A stretch of 64,000 nt of DNA from Thermoanaerobaculia bacterium (GTDB lineage: Bacteria; Acidobacteriota; Thermoanaerobaculia; Gp7-AA8): positions 14,597 through 78,596 of the forward strand of contig DATHRD010000015.1 in assembly GCA_035482045.1 (NCBI GenBank), read 5' to 3'. Positions within the stretch are counted from its first letter, which is position 1, and each line of letters starts with the position of its first letter. The position numbers and the translations under genes were made by a program. This document shows, in pieces, positions 46,153 through 56,157 of this stretch. The notes below the pieces were generated by a model that had not been told where the DNA came from, ran no database searches, and was given only the letters and a program-made list of their open reading frames with translations.

Positions 46153-48009
46153 CTACGCCTTATTCGCTGTGCGACGCCGCTTCGCGTGCAGGCGGTCGAT
46201 GAGCTTCGTCGTGGACCGGATCTGCTCGAGGATCTTCTCTTCGAGGCCCGCGCCCTTGGCCTTGAAGCTCTTCGCTTTGCGGAACACCTGACGGGCGCGA
46301 TCCTTCTGGCCGCTCTCGAGCAGGGCCATTCCGAGGTGCATGAGGTTCGTCGCTGTCGGTCCCAGATCGGCGGACTTCGTGAGGAAGTCGACCGCGTTCC
46401 CGAACTCGCGGCGTTTGAAGTACACCCATCCGAGGGCGGCCAGGGGGAACTGCTTCAGCTCCTTCGGCGAGTAGCGGAGCGCCAGTTGGGCCGACTCGAG
46501 GGCTTCGTCGAGGTTCTCTTCCATCTCGGCGAGGTTGTATGCCTTCTCGTAGTACGCGATCGACTTCGCGTAGTTGGAGGTGTAGTCGTGCAGCATCTCT
46601 TCGAGCGCGCGGTTGGCGTCTTTGAAGTTCCCCTCGGCGCGGAGTGCTTCGACGAGCGTCGTGTACGCAGCGGCCGCGACGACATCGGTCGGCCGCTGCC
46701 GCAACACGCGCCGCGCCGCCGCGATCGCCTCGGTGTTCATCTCCAGGTGCGAGCAGAGAAGCGCATAGGGCATCAGGATGCTGATGTTGTCGGGGTCGAC
46801 GGCCGAAGCGCGGCGATAGTGATCGAGGGCCTCGATGTAGTTTCCGCTCGTGGCCAGTCCTTCAGCGTGCTTGAACTCTTCGGCGGCCGGACCCTCCAGC
46901 GGGATGTGGCCGGAGATCCCTTCGTAGATTTTCACCGCCTGCTGGTACTCGATCTTGTTGGGGTTGAGCTCCAGCGCTTCCTGGAAGCAGTCGATGGCCT
47001 TGCGGTTCCAGTTGCGGTCCAGATAGCAAAGCCCGAGGTGATAGATCGCCTCCTCGTACTCCGGATCGAGCTTCAGCGCGGATTGGAAGGCCTTGATGGC
47101 GCGCTCGAGTTGGCCTTTGTCATAGAAGATCGTGCCGAGCAGGTAGTACGCCTGCGGCAACTGCTCGATCTGGATGGCCTTCTCCAGGAACTTCTGCGCA
47201 CGCAGCAGCTTGCCCTTGCGCGCGTAGATCGCGCCGAGCGAGAAGTACGGCAGGAACGACTCCTGTGAGATCTGGATGGCGCGCCGGAGCCATCGCTCAG
47301 CGCCTTTGAGATCCTGCCGCTCGTGGAGTAGCACGCCGTAGAAGACGGCCGCGTCGAAGTGATCGGGCTGCACCTCGAGCGTCCGTTCCAGATAGTGCTT
47401 GGCGCGATCGAGGTTTCCGTCGTTGAAGAACATCTCGCCGAGGAAGAACGACAGCTCGTAATTGTCGCGATCGAGCTTGAACGCCTCCTCGAGTGCCTTG
47501 ATGCCGCGATCGGGGTCAAAGGCATCGATGGCCGATTCGGCTTCCGCCAGTAGCTGCAGGAAGCGCTCGCGCCGCTCGCCGCGGAAGAGCGACATGATCC
47601 GGTCTTTCCGCTCGGTGAAGCGCTGCTTCTTTTCGAGAGCGAGCATCTGCTCGCCCATCTTCGATTCCCACAGTTCGACGAGCTCGTCCGCGGAGACGAC
47701 GTTCTTGCGCTCCAGAAGCTCCTTCACGGAAAGGAGGCCGGTCTGGTTGATGAAGATCGCCCGTTCATGTTTCTGCACGGCATCGACGACGCTCCGAAGC
47801 GTCTCGGCGCTGCGCTTGACGATCTCCTCGAGGCCGGAGACGCGCTCGAGCAGATGCTCGTCGAGAGATACGTCACCTTCCTCGTCGTACTCCTCGACTT
47901 CGTCTTCTTCGAAGGAGTTCACTCCCGAGAGAACGAGAAGCTTCGCCTGGCAGCGAAAGCAGTACTCGCGCTCGTCGTCATTCAACGCACTACAGGTCTG
48001 ACAGAGCAT
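46153..48009 (-). CDS. TPR-repeat protein with N-terminal double zinc ribbon
   Basis: CQTCSALNDDEREYCFRCQ followed by more than 10 TPR units. Confidence 0.7.
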   Translation of the reverse strand: MLCQTCSALNDDEREYCFRCQAKLLVLSGVNSFEEDEVEEYDEEGDVSLDEHLLERVSGLEEIVKRSAETLRSVVDAVQKHERAIFINQTGLLSVKELLERKNVVSADELVELWESKMGEQMLALEKKQRFTERKDRIMSLFRGERRERFLQLLAEAESAIDAFDPDRGIKALEEAFKLDRDNYELSFFLGEMFFNDGNLDRAKHYLERTLEVQPDHFDAAVFYGVLLHERQDLKGAERWLRRAIQISQESFLPYFSLGAIYARKGKLLRAQKFLEKAIQIEQLPQAYYLLGTIFYDKGQLERAIKAFQSALKLDPEYEEAIYHLGLCYLDRNWNRKAIDCFQEALELNPNKIEYQQAVKIYEGISGHIPLEGPAAEEFKHAEGLATSGNYIEALDHYRRASAVDPDNISILMPYALLCSHLEMNTEAIAAARRVLRQRPTDVVAAAAYTTLVEALRAEGNFKDANRALEEMLHDYTSNYAKSIAYYEKAYNLAEMEENLDEALESAQLALRYSPKELKQFPLAALGWVYFKRREFGNAVDFLTKSADLGPTATNLMHLGMALLESGQKDRARQVFRKAKSFKAKGAGLEEKILEQIRSTTKLIDRLHAKRRRTANKA

Positions 48010-48056
48010 GTGTGGGCGATTAGAACACCGTGGACGCTCTTCGTCATCCCCGAGAT

Positions 48057-48908
48057 TCAGGCTTTGCGATAGTCATAGAACCCGCGTCCACTTTTGCGTC
48101 CGAGCCAGCCGGCATCAACCATCTTCACCAGGAGGGGACAGGGCCGGTACTTCGGGTCGCCGAATCCTTCCTCCAGCACGCGAAGAATGGCCAGACAAAC
48201 ATCAAGGCCGATGAAGTCAGCGAGCGTGAGAGGTCCCATGGGATGGTTCATGCCCAGCTTCATCACGCCGTCGATCGACTCCGGCGTGGCCACGCCTTCG
48301 AACAGGGCAAAGATCGCCTCGTTGATCATCGGCATCAGCACGCGGTTGGAGACGAAACCGGGATAGTCATTGACCTCGATCGCCGTCTTTCCCAGCCGCG
48401 CCGACAGCTCGGCGACGCGTGCGTACGTCTCATCGCTGGTGGCGATGCCGCGGATGACTTCCACGAGGGTCATGACCGGCACGGGGTTCATGAAGTGCAT
48501 GCCGATCACCTTGTCGGGACGGTTCGTTGCCGCGGCGATCTTGGTGATGGAGATCGACGATGTATTCGAGGCCAGGATGCAATCGGCGCCGGTGAGTGAA
48601 TCAAGCGTGGTGAACAGTTGCGTCTTGGCGGCAAGATGCTCGCTGATGGCCTCGATGACGATGTCGGCGTCCGCCGCGGCGGACATGTCGCTCGTGGCGT
48701 GGATCCGTCCGAGAGCCTGCTGTTTGTCTTCGGCCGTGATCTTCCCCTTGTCGACGCCGCGCTGCAGGTTGGCGGAGATCGTCGACATACCGCTGGCGAG
48801 CATGGTCGAGGCGATGTCGATGAGGGTGACGCCGAAGCCGGATACGGCGGCCGTGTGGGCGATGCCGTTGCCCATCGTGCCGGCGCCGATCACGACGATC
48901 TGTTTCAT
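48057..48908 (-). CDS. hbd: 3-hydroxybutyryl-CoA / 3-hydroxyacyl-CoA dehydrogenase
   Basis: MKQIVVIGAGTMGNGIA Rossmann motif. C-terminal 3HCDH domain. Confidence 0.85.
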   Translation of the reverse strand: MKQIVVIGAGTMGNGIAHTAAVSGFGVTLIDIASTMLASGMSTISANLQRGVDKGKITAEDKQQALGRIHATSDMSAAADADIVIEAISEHLAAKTQLFTTLDSLTGADCILASNTSSISITKIAAATNRPDKVIGMHFMNPVPVMTLVEVIRGIATSDETYARVAELSARLGKTAIEVNDYPGFVSNRVLMPMINEAIFALFEGVATPESIDGVMKLGMNHPMGPLTLADFIGLDVCLAILRVLEEGFGDPKYRPCPLLVKMVDAGWLGRKSGRGFYDYRKA

Positions 48909-48988
48909 GGGCTCCCTCCAGACGGCGGCGAAGCCTACCACGTTGCAGAGGCGCTGGAAGCGGGCGTAAGATCACCAGTCCAGAGTCT

Positions 48989-50236
48989 ATGGCGTCTAAG
49001 TGCTTCATGTGCGGTGCGGCGATTGCGCGGGGAATCCTCTGCGAGCGATGTGACACGCCACGAAAACCAAAACAAGCACAAACAAAACAGAGTCCGGAGC
49101 CGACACTCGCGGCCGCTGAGCCACCACCGGTTCCAGTGAAACCCGCGGCCGAAGGTGGCAGTCAGCCACGGCGCTCCGCGGGCCCTGCGGCCGCGGCAGC
49201 CACGGCACCTGCTCCCGAACCGGAGCCGTTTCCCAAAGCTCCGCTGTTGCCGTTTCCCGTGGAGTCGGCGTCGCCGGCTATCACCAGCGTCGCCAACGTC
49301 ATCACGGCCGCCGGCGCTCCGGCGATTGTCCTCGGCGCCGACCGCGGCGTGAAGTTCATCACCGAGGAAGCGAAGAAGCTCTTCGGTGTGCCGCAGGCGG
49401 ACCTGTCCTCCGTCAAGCAGATCGAGGCGCTCAGCGGCGCCCGGATCGGTGAGCTGTCCGTTCCCGCGTCCACCGCGCTGCGTATCCGCAATCGCAACAT
49501 CCTCTTTTCCCTTGTGCCGATCTCGGGCGGTGCGATGGGAGCGGTGCTGATGTTCCGCGAAGCCGACACGATGAATCCTTCTCACGCGTCCTTCGTGGCG
49601 TTCGTGCGGGAGACTGTCTTCACCCCGTTGCGATCGTTGCGCGAGTCAGTGCTCGTGTCGTCCCGCGCGCGCCAGCGGGACCCGCTCCTCGAAGACTGGG
49701 CGGCCACGATCGATCAGATCCTCTCCTCTCTGGAGATGGCACCCGAAGTGGAAGAACCGGCACCGGCCGCACGGACCCCGAGAGTGGTCGACGTCATCCA
49801 CTCGGTGGCCAACCGCTTCGGTCCGTTCGCTGACCTGAAGAGCATCCAACTGCAGATCGACGTGCCGGAGCTCGAGGAGCAGTTCAGGAATCACGAGCAA
49901 CTCGTTGAAGCCCTCGGCATCATGATGGACAACTCGCTCCACTACGTTCCACCGGGCGGACAGGTCGTGGTCGGCGTCCGGTGGATGGAGCACAAAGGCA
50001 AGCCTCTGCTGCTTTTCTTCGTGATGGACAACGGTCCGGTCGTGCCGGAGCTGCTTCGTCAGGCCATCTTCGAGCCGGGCTTCGCATGGAATCCGCAGGC
50101 GGCCGAACGGACGGGGCGAAGTCTCTTCAAAGTTCGCGAGTTTGCGGCCGCGCACGCGGGGTCGGTCTGGGTCGAGTCAAAGACGGGGAAGGCATGTACC
50201 TTCTTCCTCCGCGTGCGGCCCGACGGCGTACGATAG
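48989..50236 (+). CDS. cytoplasmic sensor histidine kinase with N-terminal zinc ribbon and diverged H-box
   Basis: CFMCGAAIARGILCERCD. H-box-like SHASFVAFVRETVFTPL. HATPase_c segment (GIMMDNSLHYVPPGG ... GRSLFKVREFAAAHAGSVWVES). Confidence 0.55.
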   Translation: MASKCFMCGAAIARGILCERCDTPRKPKQAQTKQSPEPTLAAAEPPPVPVKPAAEGGSQPRRSAGPAAAAATAPAPEPEPFPKAPLLPFPVESASPAITSVANVITAAGAPAIVLGADRGVKFITEEAKKLFGVPQADLSSVKQIEALSGARIGELSVPASTALRIRNRNILFSLVPISGGAMGAVLMFREADTMNPSHASFVAFVRETVFTPLRSLRESVLVSSRARQRDPLLEDWAATIDQILSSLEMAPEVEEPAPAARTPRVVDVIHSVANRFGPFADLKSIQLQIDVPELEEQFRNHEQLVEALGIMMDNSLHYVPPGGQVVVGVRWMEHKGKPLLLFFVMDNGPVVPELLRQAIFEPGFAWNPQAAERTGRSLFKVREFAAAHAGSVWVESKTGKACTFFLRVRPDGVR

Positions 50237-50249
50237 TCGGCATGCTCCC

Positions 50250-50406
50250 TGTCATCCTGGGGCGGCGGCGCCCCGGAGGGGCAAAGCGCGCCGAAGGACC
50301 CCCAACGCGCTTGCATCGACGGATAACCACCACCCGCCCTGGTTACCAGGCTGGGGGTCGTTCGTCGTCCTGCACCCCTCCGGGGTTTCGGCGACTCAGG
50401 ATGACA
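50250..50406. mobile_element. MITE-like element, copy 2, with the same TGTCATCCTG...CAGGATGACA termini as copy 1
   Basis: tgtcatcctggggcggcggcgccccggaggggcaaagcgcg ... ccggggtttcggcgactcaggatgaca. Fills the convergent gap between the histidine kinase and the Spy-like gene. Confidence 0.6.
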
Positions 50407-50409
50407 GCA

Positions 50410-50784
50410 TTATTTCGGTCGCGGAGGCTGGCCCCGGTCGCGGCGTCGTGCTCCGATCTGCATCCGAAGCGTTTCGAACTTCGTCCGCTGCTCCGGCGTA
50501 AGGATGTGCTCGATCTCCGCGTTCGTGGCGTCCAGCTCCTGGCGCACTTGTGGTCGGACGGTGCTCATCGTCGCATCGATTTTCGCTCGATGGCGCTCGA
50601 TGATCTGCTGCACTTCGGTTTTCTGCTGCGGCGAGAGCTGCAGCGCACGGCCCAGGTTGTCGGCCATGCGCTCGGCGGAAAAGCGCGGGGCCCGGCGCGG
50701 GTAGTGGATCAGGTAGAGATGATCGCCGGCCACGCCGACGAGGACGCCGGTAATGAAAGCGACGACGACCACCACGGCCGCCAT
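50410..50784 (-). CDS. periplasmic LTXXQ-motif (Spy/CpxP-like) protein
   Basis: LQLSPQQKTEVQQI and LTPEQRTKFETLR motifs. N-terminal TM / signal segment MAAVVVVVAFITGVLVGVAG. Confidence 0.6.
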   Translation of the reverse strand: MAAVVVVVAFITGVLVGVAGDHLYLIHYPRRAPRFSAERMADNLGRALQLSPQQKTEVQQIIERHRAKIDATMSTVRPQVRQELDATNAEIEHILTPEQRTKFETLRMQIGARRRDRGQPPRPK

Positions 50785-50791
50785 GCGAGTG

Positions 50792-51115
50792 TTACTCGAC
50801 ACTGAACGTATCCCCTCCGACCGAGATGTCGACGCTCTGCGTGCTCGTGAGCGCATCGAGCGCCGTGGCTGGCGTTTCGCGAGGTTGTTCGAGCCACTGT
50901 ACGCCCAGCGCCGCCACGAGCGCGAGCGTGCCCAGTGAGGCTACGACGGGGCGGAACCAGCGGGCCAGAACAAGGGCGATGCCAGCCTGCGACTCGGCCG
51001 TGATCCGCTCGCGGACGCGCGCGGCGATGCGTGTGGTCATTATGTCGTCCGGCTCGAAACGGAGTTGCCGTGCCTCGCCGCGTAGTCGATCCAGGAAGTC
51101 GTCGTCCTCAGTCAT
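50792..51115 (-). CDS. small membrane anti-sigma-like protein
   Basis: 107 aa with a single TM helix (WFRPVVASLGTLALVAALGV). Overlaps the sigma gene stop. Confidence 0.4.
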   Translation of the reverse strand: MTEDDDFLDRLRGEARQLRFEPDDIMTTRIAARVRERITAESQAGIALVLARWFRPVVASLGTLALVAALGVQWLEQPRETPATALDALTSTQSVDISVGGDTFSVE

Positions 51116-51767
51116 TGCTGCCCCCGTGAAGGTCTGCGAGTTTCTCTTTCAGTTTGCCGCGGGCGAGCGATAGATGAGAGCGTACCGTCCCTTCGCTCAG
51201 TCCCGTCATCGTTGCGATTTCAGAGTGCCCGAATTCGTCGACCAGATACAAGCGTGCCACGATTCTCTGCATCTCCGGCAGTGACTCGATGCCGCGATCG
51301 ATCCGCTGCGCCAGCTCGTTCGCGATCGCGGGCAGGTCGGCGCGGTCGCGCCGCGCCGCCGGTGCCGCGTCGGTGATCTCTTCGTGCCGGAACCTCTTCC
51401 GATGCTTCATCACGTCGAGCGCCAGATTCGTCACGATGCGGTAGATCCATGGTCCGAACGGTTCGCCGGTCTTGAACCGTCCGACGCTCTCGAACGCCTT
51501 GACGAACGCCTCCTGCGCCAGGTCCTCCGCGTCGGCCGCGTTGCGTACGATTCCCCAGCCGATCGAGACCACCCGCTTCATGTATTTCGAAACGAGGTAG
51601 TCGTATGACCCGGCGTCGCCGGCTTTGACGGCGGCAATCGCACGCGCTTCAATCGGATCTTCGTTTGCTGCGCTTCTCGTCTGCGCCCTCTCCGCCGAAA
51701 AAACCAGACGACCGAGCGCGAGGGGGCCGCCCGCGGCACCCCCGAACATCGACGTGGCGTCCATCAT
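51108..51767 (-). CDS. ECF-type sigma factor
   Basis: Regions 2 and 4 (IATMTGLSEGTVRSHLSLARGKL). Confidence 0.8.
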   Translation of the reverse strand: MMDATSMFGGAAGGPLALGRLVFSAERAQTRSAANEDPIEARAIAAVKAGDAGSYDYLVSKYMKRVVSIGWGIVRNAADAEDLAQEAFVKAFESVGRFKTGEPFGPWIYRIVTNLALDVMKHRKRFRHEEITDAAPAARRDRADLPAIANELAQRIDRGIESLPEMQRIVARLYLVDEFGHSEIATMTGLSEGTVRSHLSLARGKLKEKLADLHGGSND

Positions 51768-51771
51768 CTTC

Positions 51772-52242
51772 CTACTTGTCTGCGAGCTTTGCCATCCGCT
51801 GTTGCAGGAAGGCCGCAGCCTTGGTTCGTTGATCGGACGTTAGCACGTTGAGCGCCTTCGAGGCAGCGGCGAGCGTGTTCACCTTGATCTGCCGCTCGGC
51901 GTCGGCCTGCTTGTCGATCAGCGCCTGCGGGGTGGCCAGGTCGTTCGGGTTGGCGAGCAACGCCTGAGCGATCGACTGCCTTCCAGCCCGAAGTGCCGTG
52001 CGGTAGGGTTCATTCTGCGCCTGCAGGTCTGTGAAGATCTTCTTGATGTCGGTGGCCTGCTGATCCGAAAGTCCGAGTGCGGCTTTGGCCTTCCCCATGC
52101 GACCGAACATCATCATGCTGCTGCCACCCGTGCAGCCGTGTGCGCGGCTGGCGGCATGCAAGCGCTGCGCTACCGCGAACGGCACGGCGAGCGCGACGAT
52201 GAGGATCGCCGCCGCCGAGAAAATCAGAGTGCGCTTCTTCAT
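51772..52242 (-). CDS. periplasmic LTXXQ-motif (Spy/CpxP-like) protein
   Basis: Signal peptide MKKRTLIFSAAAILIVALAVPFAVAQ. LGLSDQQATDIKKIF and LTSDQRTKAAAFL. Confidence 0.6.
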   Translation of the reverse strand: MKKRTLIFSAAAILIVALAVPFAVAQRLHAASRAHGCTGGSSMMMFGRMGKAKAALGLSDQQATDIKKIFTDLQAQNEPYRTALRAGRQSIAQALLANPNDLATPQALIDKQADAERQIKVNTLAAASKALNVLTSDQRTKAAAFLQQRMAKLADK

Positions 52243-52325
52243 GAGGGTTCTCCTTGTTGCCGAAGAGGTTACGACGGTATGAGGGGAACGTTGAACATAT
52301 AATCCCGGCAACTCGATCCGCTCCT

Positions 52326-53627
52326 ATGCGCCCTCTTTTTGCAGCCATGGCTCTTATCGCCGCGGGTCTCAGCCCCGCTCTCGCGCAGCCTCTTGTCTGT
52401 CCCCCTGTCGCCTCCGTCGCCGGCCGTGCGTGCGACACGTTTCACTATCACGTGCAGATGTTCAAGCCGGATACCCGCGAGTTCGTCGAGCTTTACGGGG
52501 TCAACCAGTTCGCCTCGATGGCGGCTTGTGAACGTGCCCGCGATGTGCAGTTCAAACGCAACATGGCGGTTGTCGAGTTCTTTCGTGCGCAGAGGAGAGA
52601 CTGGTGGCAGGCCGACAAATTCGGGCAGTGCCATTGCGACATGACCGTCGAACGCGCCAGCCCGAACGCGTTGACGGACGCCGCGCGGGTCCAGCAGATC
52701 CACGACGCGGAAGAGGTTCGGCAACGCGTCCGGGAGCGCCTGCTCGATGCCAGAGTCCCGGCAGACGCAGAGCTGATCCGCGATCTGGCCCCGCCGGTCA
52801 GCACCACACCGCTCATCGGCGGTCCCAAGCTGGTGTCGATGCCGCCTCCGGTTGCGGCCACGACAGTCTCGGGCTCGCCCGACGATCTTCGGATCACGAA
52901 GGCGGTCGATACGACCCCAGCATCGACGACATCGCTCGATCTGCCTCTCGTCGATGTCCCGTTGCCGGGCATCGCGCCGGCCATGGAAACCGCTCCCGCC
53001 ACTACGCCGACGCAAGTGCCGCCGCCCTCCGTGCCGCAGACGTCTGCCCCGGCTCCAGTCAGCAACGCCCCGGCGCAAGCGGTTCCAGCACCGCAGCCCG
53101 CGCAACCTTCGCCAGCCCCCGTCTCCACCGAGCCGTTGGCCATCGTCGACGATCCCGATCTCCCGGCGCCTGAAGATGTCGCAGACGCCTTCGTCAGCTA
53201 TGAGTCGCAGCGTATCCAGAACGTGTTGAAGGTCAGCGGCAGCATCGGCGACGAATCGATCAAGGCTCAGGTGCTCGATGCCTGTACGCAGCGGATCCAA
53301 CTCCTTTCGAACCTTCGCTCGATCATCGTCGGGTCCGGTGCGAAGAGTCGTCTGGTCGCGGCCACGAATGTCGCGAGAAAAGAGAGCGACCGCCTGGCCG
53401 TGGTGGCAAAACTGTTCGGGAGTGACGTGCCGCCGCACTGGGCGCCCAAGGATGCGTCCGATGTGATCTTCGACCCGGGTGTCACGGACCCGGAGCGAGT
53501 GCTCCGCGACAGCTCGTCGTCCGATCAACAGAAACGCCACGCTCTCTACGTTCTGCTGGCGACGACATCGCCGACCGAGCAGCAGCAGATGTGGCTAAAC
53601 TCCGTGATCGAGGCGCTGCTGAAATGA
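52326..53627 (+). CDS. secreted hypothetical protein with Pro/Thr/Ala-rich linker
   Basis: Signal peptide MRPLFAAMALIAAGLSPALAQ. Low-complexity PAPQPAQPSPAP segment. No family recognised. Confidence 0.5.
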   Translation: MRPLFAAMALIAAGLSPALAQPLVCPPVASVAGRACDTFHYHVQMFKPDTREFVELYGVNQFASMAACERARDVQFKRNMAVVEFFRAQRRDWWQADKFGQCHCDMTVERASPNALTDAARVQQIHDAEEVRQRVRERLLDARVPADAELIRDLAPPVSTTPLIGGPKLVSMPPPVAATTVSGSPDDLRITKAVDTTPASTTSLDLPLVDVPLPGIAPAMETAPATTPTQVPPPSVPQTSAPAPVSNAPAQAVPAPQPAQPSPAPVSTEPLAIVDDPDLPAPEDVADAFVSYESQRIQNVLKVSGSIGDESIKAQVLDACTQRIQLLSNLRSIIVGSGAKSRLVAATNVARKESDRLAVVAKLFGSDVPPHWAPKDASDVIFDPGVTDPERVLRDSSSSDQQKRHALYVLLATTSPTEQQQMWLNSVIEALLK

Positions 53628-55423
53628 AACCAGAAACCAGAAACCAAGAACCAGAAACCAGAAACCAGAAACCAGCAAGCGTGCGGCGATCACGATTCTC
53701 ATTTCCGCCTTCTGGTTTCTGGTTTCTGGTTTCTGGTTTCTGCCTTCTGGTTTCTGCCTCCTGCCTTTTCGCGCAGGCGCCGCCAGCTTCGCCCGTTCCG
53801 GCGCAGCCCGCAGGCCCTCCTTCTCAGCCCGCCGCGTCCGCGGCCATGCCTCCGAGCGAAGAGTTCGTGAAGGCGGTTTACTTCGGCGAAAAGTTCGCCG
53901 AGATGAAGGATTACGCAAACGCCTATCAGCAGTTCGCGAAGGCGGACGCGCTGCAGCCCGATGTGCCAGGTGTGCTGTACAACATGGGGGTTCTCCTCGC
54001 CCGCGCCGGCCGCTTCTCGGAGGCACAGGCCAAGGTCGATCGCTACAACCAGCTCTTTCCGGCCGGTGCCGAGAAACCGCTCGTCGCCAAACTGCAACTC
54101 GATCTGGAGTTCGAGCGGGAGCTTCAAAAGAAACGGCAGACGGATGAGGAGTACACCGCCATCTTCACGAGGGGCCGGTTCCTTTACGGCAAGGGTGATC
54201 TTTCAGCCGCGCTCAAGCTGTTCCAGGACGCCGAGCAACAGCGCCCTACCGATCCGGCCGCCGTTTTCAACCAGGGCGTTGTCTATGAAAAGCTCGGGGA
54301 TCTGAACAGAGCGGCGGAGCGCTTTCACCGCTACGAAGAACTGGAGCCCGACGCGAACGCGAAGTCGTCGGCGGATCAGCGCCTGCTCGGTATCGAGAGC
54401 GAGATGTCGGACATGAAGACGAAGATTGTCTGCCCCTTCTGCGGATGGCGGCTGCCGATCGGGTCGATCTGGTGCCCGCACTGCTGGCACGGTCCGTATC
54501 TCACGTCACAATCGCACTGGAATTCGAGGCCGTGTACCGATGGAGCAACGGCGACGCGCGCGACGTATTACGCTGACGGTCGTTTCGCGAAAAACGATTC
54601 ACTGCCTTGTCTCTTCAACGGCATGATGCTCGACGCGCTCCGCTATACGCCTGACCGCCAGCGGCGAGTCCAGGAGACGCGCAAGGCCGAGGGGTGGACG
54701 TACAGCGGAGACCTCATCCAGGGGTGGCATGACCGGCAGGGCAATGAGATTCGTTACGTCCAGGGGGCCGACTACCTCGAAAAGATCGTTTCCCCCAGCG
54801 GCGGAGACCTGCTGCTGTTCAACGCTCACAAAGCGCCTGATGCCGGTATCTGGCTGCTCGATCGGGAGGATGTCGTCATCGACGGTCAGAAGTACACGTC
54901 GCGCTACACCTTCGACGCCCAGAATCGCGTCGCCGAGCAGCAGGTCGTTTATCAGAACGCCGCCGGCTGCAATGACGTCATCACGATGACGGCACTCGCC
55001 ACGTACACGAACGATCTTCTGGCGGGGTTGCAGATCCGCGGAGGTTATACGGGCACTGTCGTTCAGGGCTCGCCGCGCGTCGATTGGGAGGCCAACGTCG
55101 CCTTCTCCTATGACGTCAACGCGCGAGAGACGAAGGAAGAGCTGGCCGTGAGCTCGATGACGAAGACCTACACGGAAAAGCCCTACGGCATGATGCGTCA
55201 GGAAGTGGCCGCGCTCTATCCGGAAATGCGCGTCCGCAAACCGATCGAGAGGATCCTCTATCTCGGCGATCGCTGCGGTGTCTCCGGCACGACAGTCCTC
55301 GGCAATCCCGTCGACCTCCGGCCGTTCTATGCCCTCACTCCGAATCTGGCCGTGGCCATCGCCAGCGGCGTCACCCGTGCGACGGTGAGTTTCACGTATC
55401 CGGACTCGTATAGGGTTCGATAG
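53624..55423 (+). CDS. secreted TPR-containing protein; signal peptide encoded by a (GAAACCA)n / (TGGTTTC)n inverted repeat
   Basis: MKPETRNQEPETRNQKP...FWFLVSGFCLLVSASCLFAQA then TPR-like units. ATGA overlap with the upstream stop. Confidence 0.55.
   Translation: MKPETRNQEPETRNQKPASVRRSRFSFPPSGFWFLVSGFCLLVSASCLFAQAPPASPVPAQPAGPPSQPAASAAMPPSEEFVKAVYFGEKFAEMKDYANAYQQFAKADALQPDVPGVLYNMGVLLARAGRFSEAQAKVDRYNQLFPAGAEKPLVAKLQLDLEFERELQKKRQTDEEYTAIFTRGRFLYGKGDLSAALKLFQDAEQQRPTDPAAVFNQGVVYEKLGDLNRAAERFHRYEELEPDANAKSSADQRLLGIESEMSDMKTKIVCPFCGWRLPIGSIWCPHCWHGPYLTSQSHWNSRPCTDGATATRATYYADGRFAKNDSLPCLFNGMMLDALRYTPDRQRRVQETRKAEGWTYSGDLIQGWHDRQGNEIRYVQGADYLEKIVSPSGGDLLLFNAHKAPDAGIWLLDREDVVIDGQKYTSRYTFDAQNRVAEQQVVYQNAAGCNDVITMTALATYTNDLLAGLQIRGGYTGTVVQGSPRVDWEANVAFSYDVNARETKEELAVSSMTKTYTEKPYGMMRQEVAALYPEMRVRKPIERILYLGDRCGVSGTTVLGNPVDLRPFYALTPNLAVAIASGVTRATVSFTYPDSYRVR
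53625..53765. repeat. inverted repeat composed of tandem GAAACCA heptamers (left arm) and TGGTTTC heptamers (right arm)
   Basis: gaaaccagaaaccagaaaccaagaaccagaaaccagaaaccagaaacc ... ttctggtttctggtttctggtttctgccttctggtttctg. Confidence 0.85.
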
Positions 55424-55446
55424 GGCGCGGAGAAAGTCCAGCATCC

Positions 55447-56157
55447 ATGACCTGGTACCGGGAATGGTTCGGTGAGGAGTACCTGGAGCTCTATGCGCAT
55501 CGTGACGAGCACGAGGCCCGGCGGCAGGTCGCGTTCTTCCGCGAGCACTTCACTAAAGTCGACGGCATCATTCTTGACCTGGCCTGCGGTACGGGACGCC
55601 ACCTCGCGGAGATGAACGTGGAGGGCATCGTCGCAGTCGGCTGCGATCTTTCATTCACGCTCCTCCGTGCGGGCATCGACGAACATGGGCTGCTGCCGGT
55701 GGCACGCGCCGACATGCGCTCGTTGCCGTTCTGCAGCAACAGCTTCGGCGGCCTGGTCAACTTCTTCACGAGTTTCGGATACTTCGCGAAGGAAGACGAG
55801 AACCTGCAGGTGGTGCGCGAGATGGCGCGCGTACTGCGCTCCGGCGGCGTTTTCCTCTTCGACTATCTCAATGTCGACCGGGAGCTCGACAAGCTGGTCG
55901 AGCGCGAGACGCTGGATACGCCGAGCGGGCGGGTGGAGATCGAGCGGTGGTTCGACCCCCGTGACCGTTCGTTCAACAAACGGATCACGATCGGTCAAAA
56001 GCGTTACCTTGAGCGCGTTCGCGGATACGATCTCCATGAGATCTCCACGATGTTCACCTCCTCGGAACTGTTGATCCGCGAATCGTTTGGCGACTTTCAC
56101 GGCGCGCCGTTCGACGCCTCGTCGCCTCGTCTCATCCTGGTCGGGAGCAGAAGATGA
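55447..56157 (+). CDS. class I SAM-dependent methyltransferase
   Basis: ILDLACGTGRH motif I. Post-I acidic residue. Motif II LRSGGVFLFD. Confidence 0.75.
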   Translation: MTWYREWFGEEYLELYAHRDEHEARRQVAFFREHFTKVDGIILDLACGTGRHLAEMNVEGIVAVGCDLSFTLLRAGIDEHGLLPVARADMRSLPFCSNSFGGLVNFFTSFGYFAKEDENLQVVREMARVLRSGGVFLFDYLNVDRELDKLVERETLDTPSGRVEIERWFDPRDRSFNKRITIGQKRYLERVRGYDLHEISTMFTSSELLIRESFGDFHGAPFDASSPRLILVGSRR

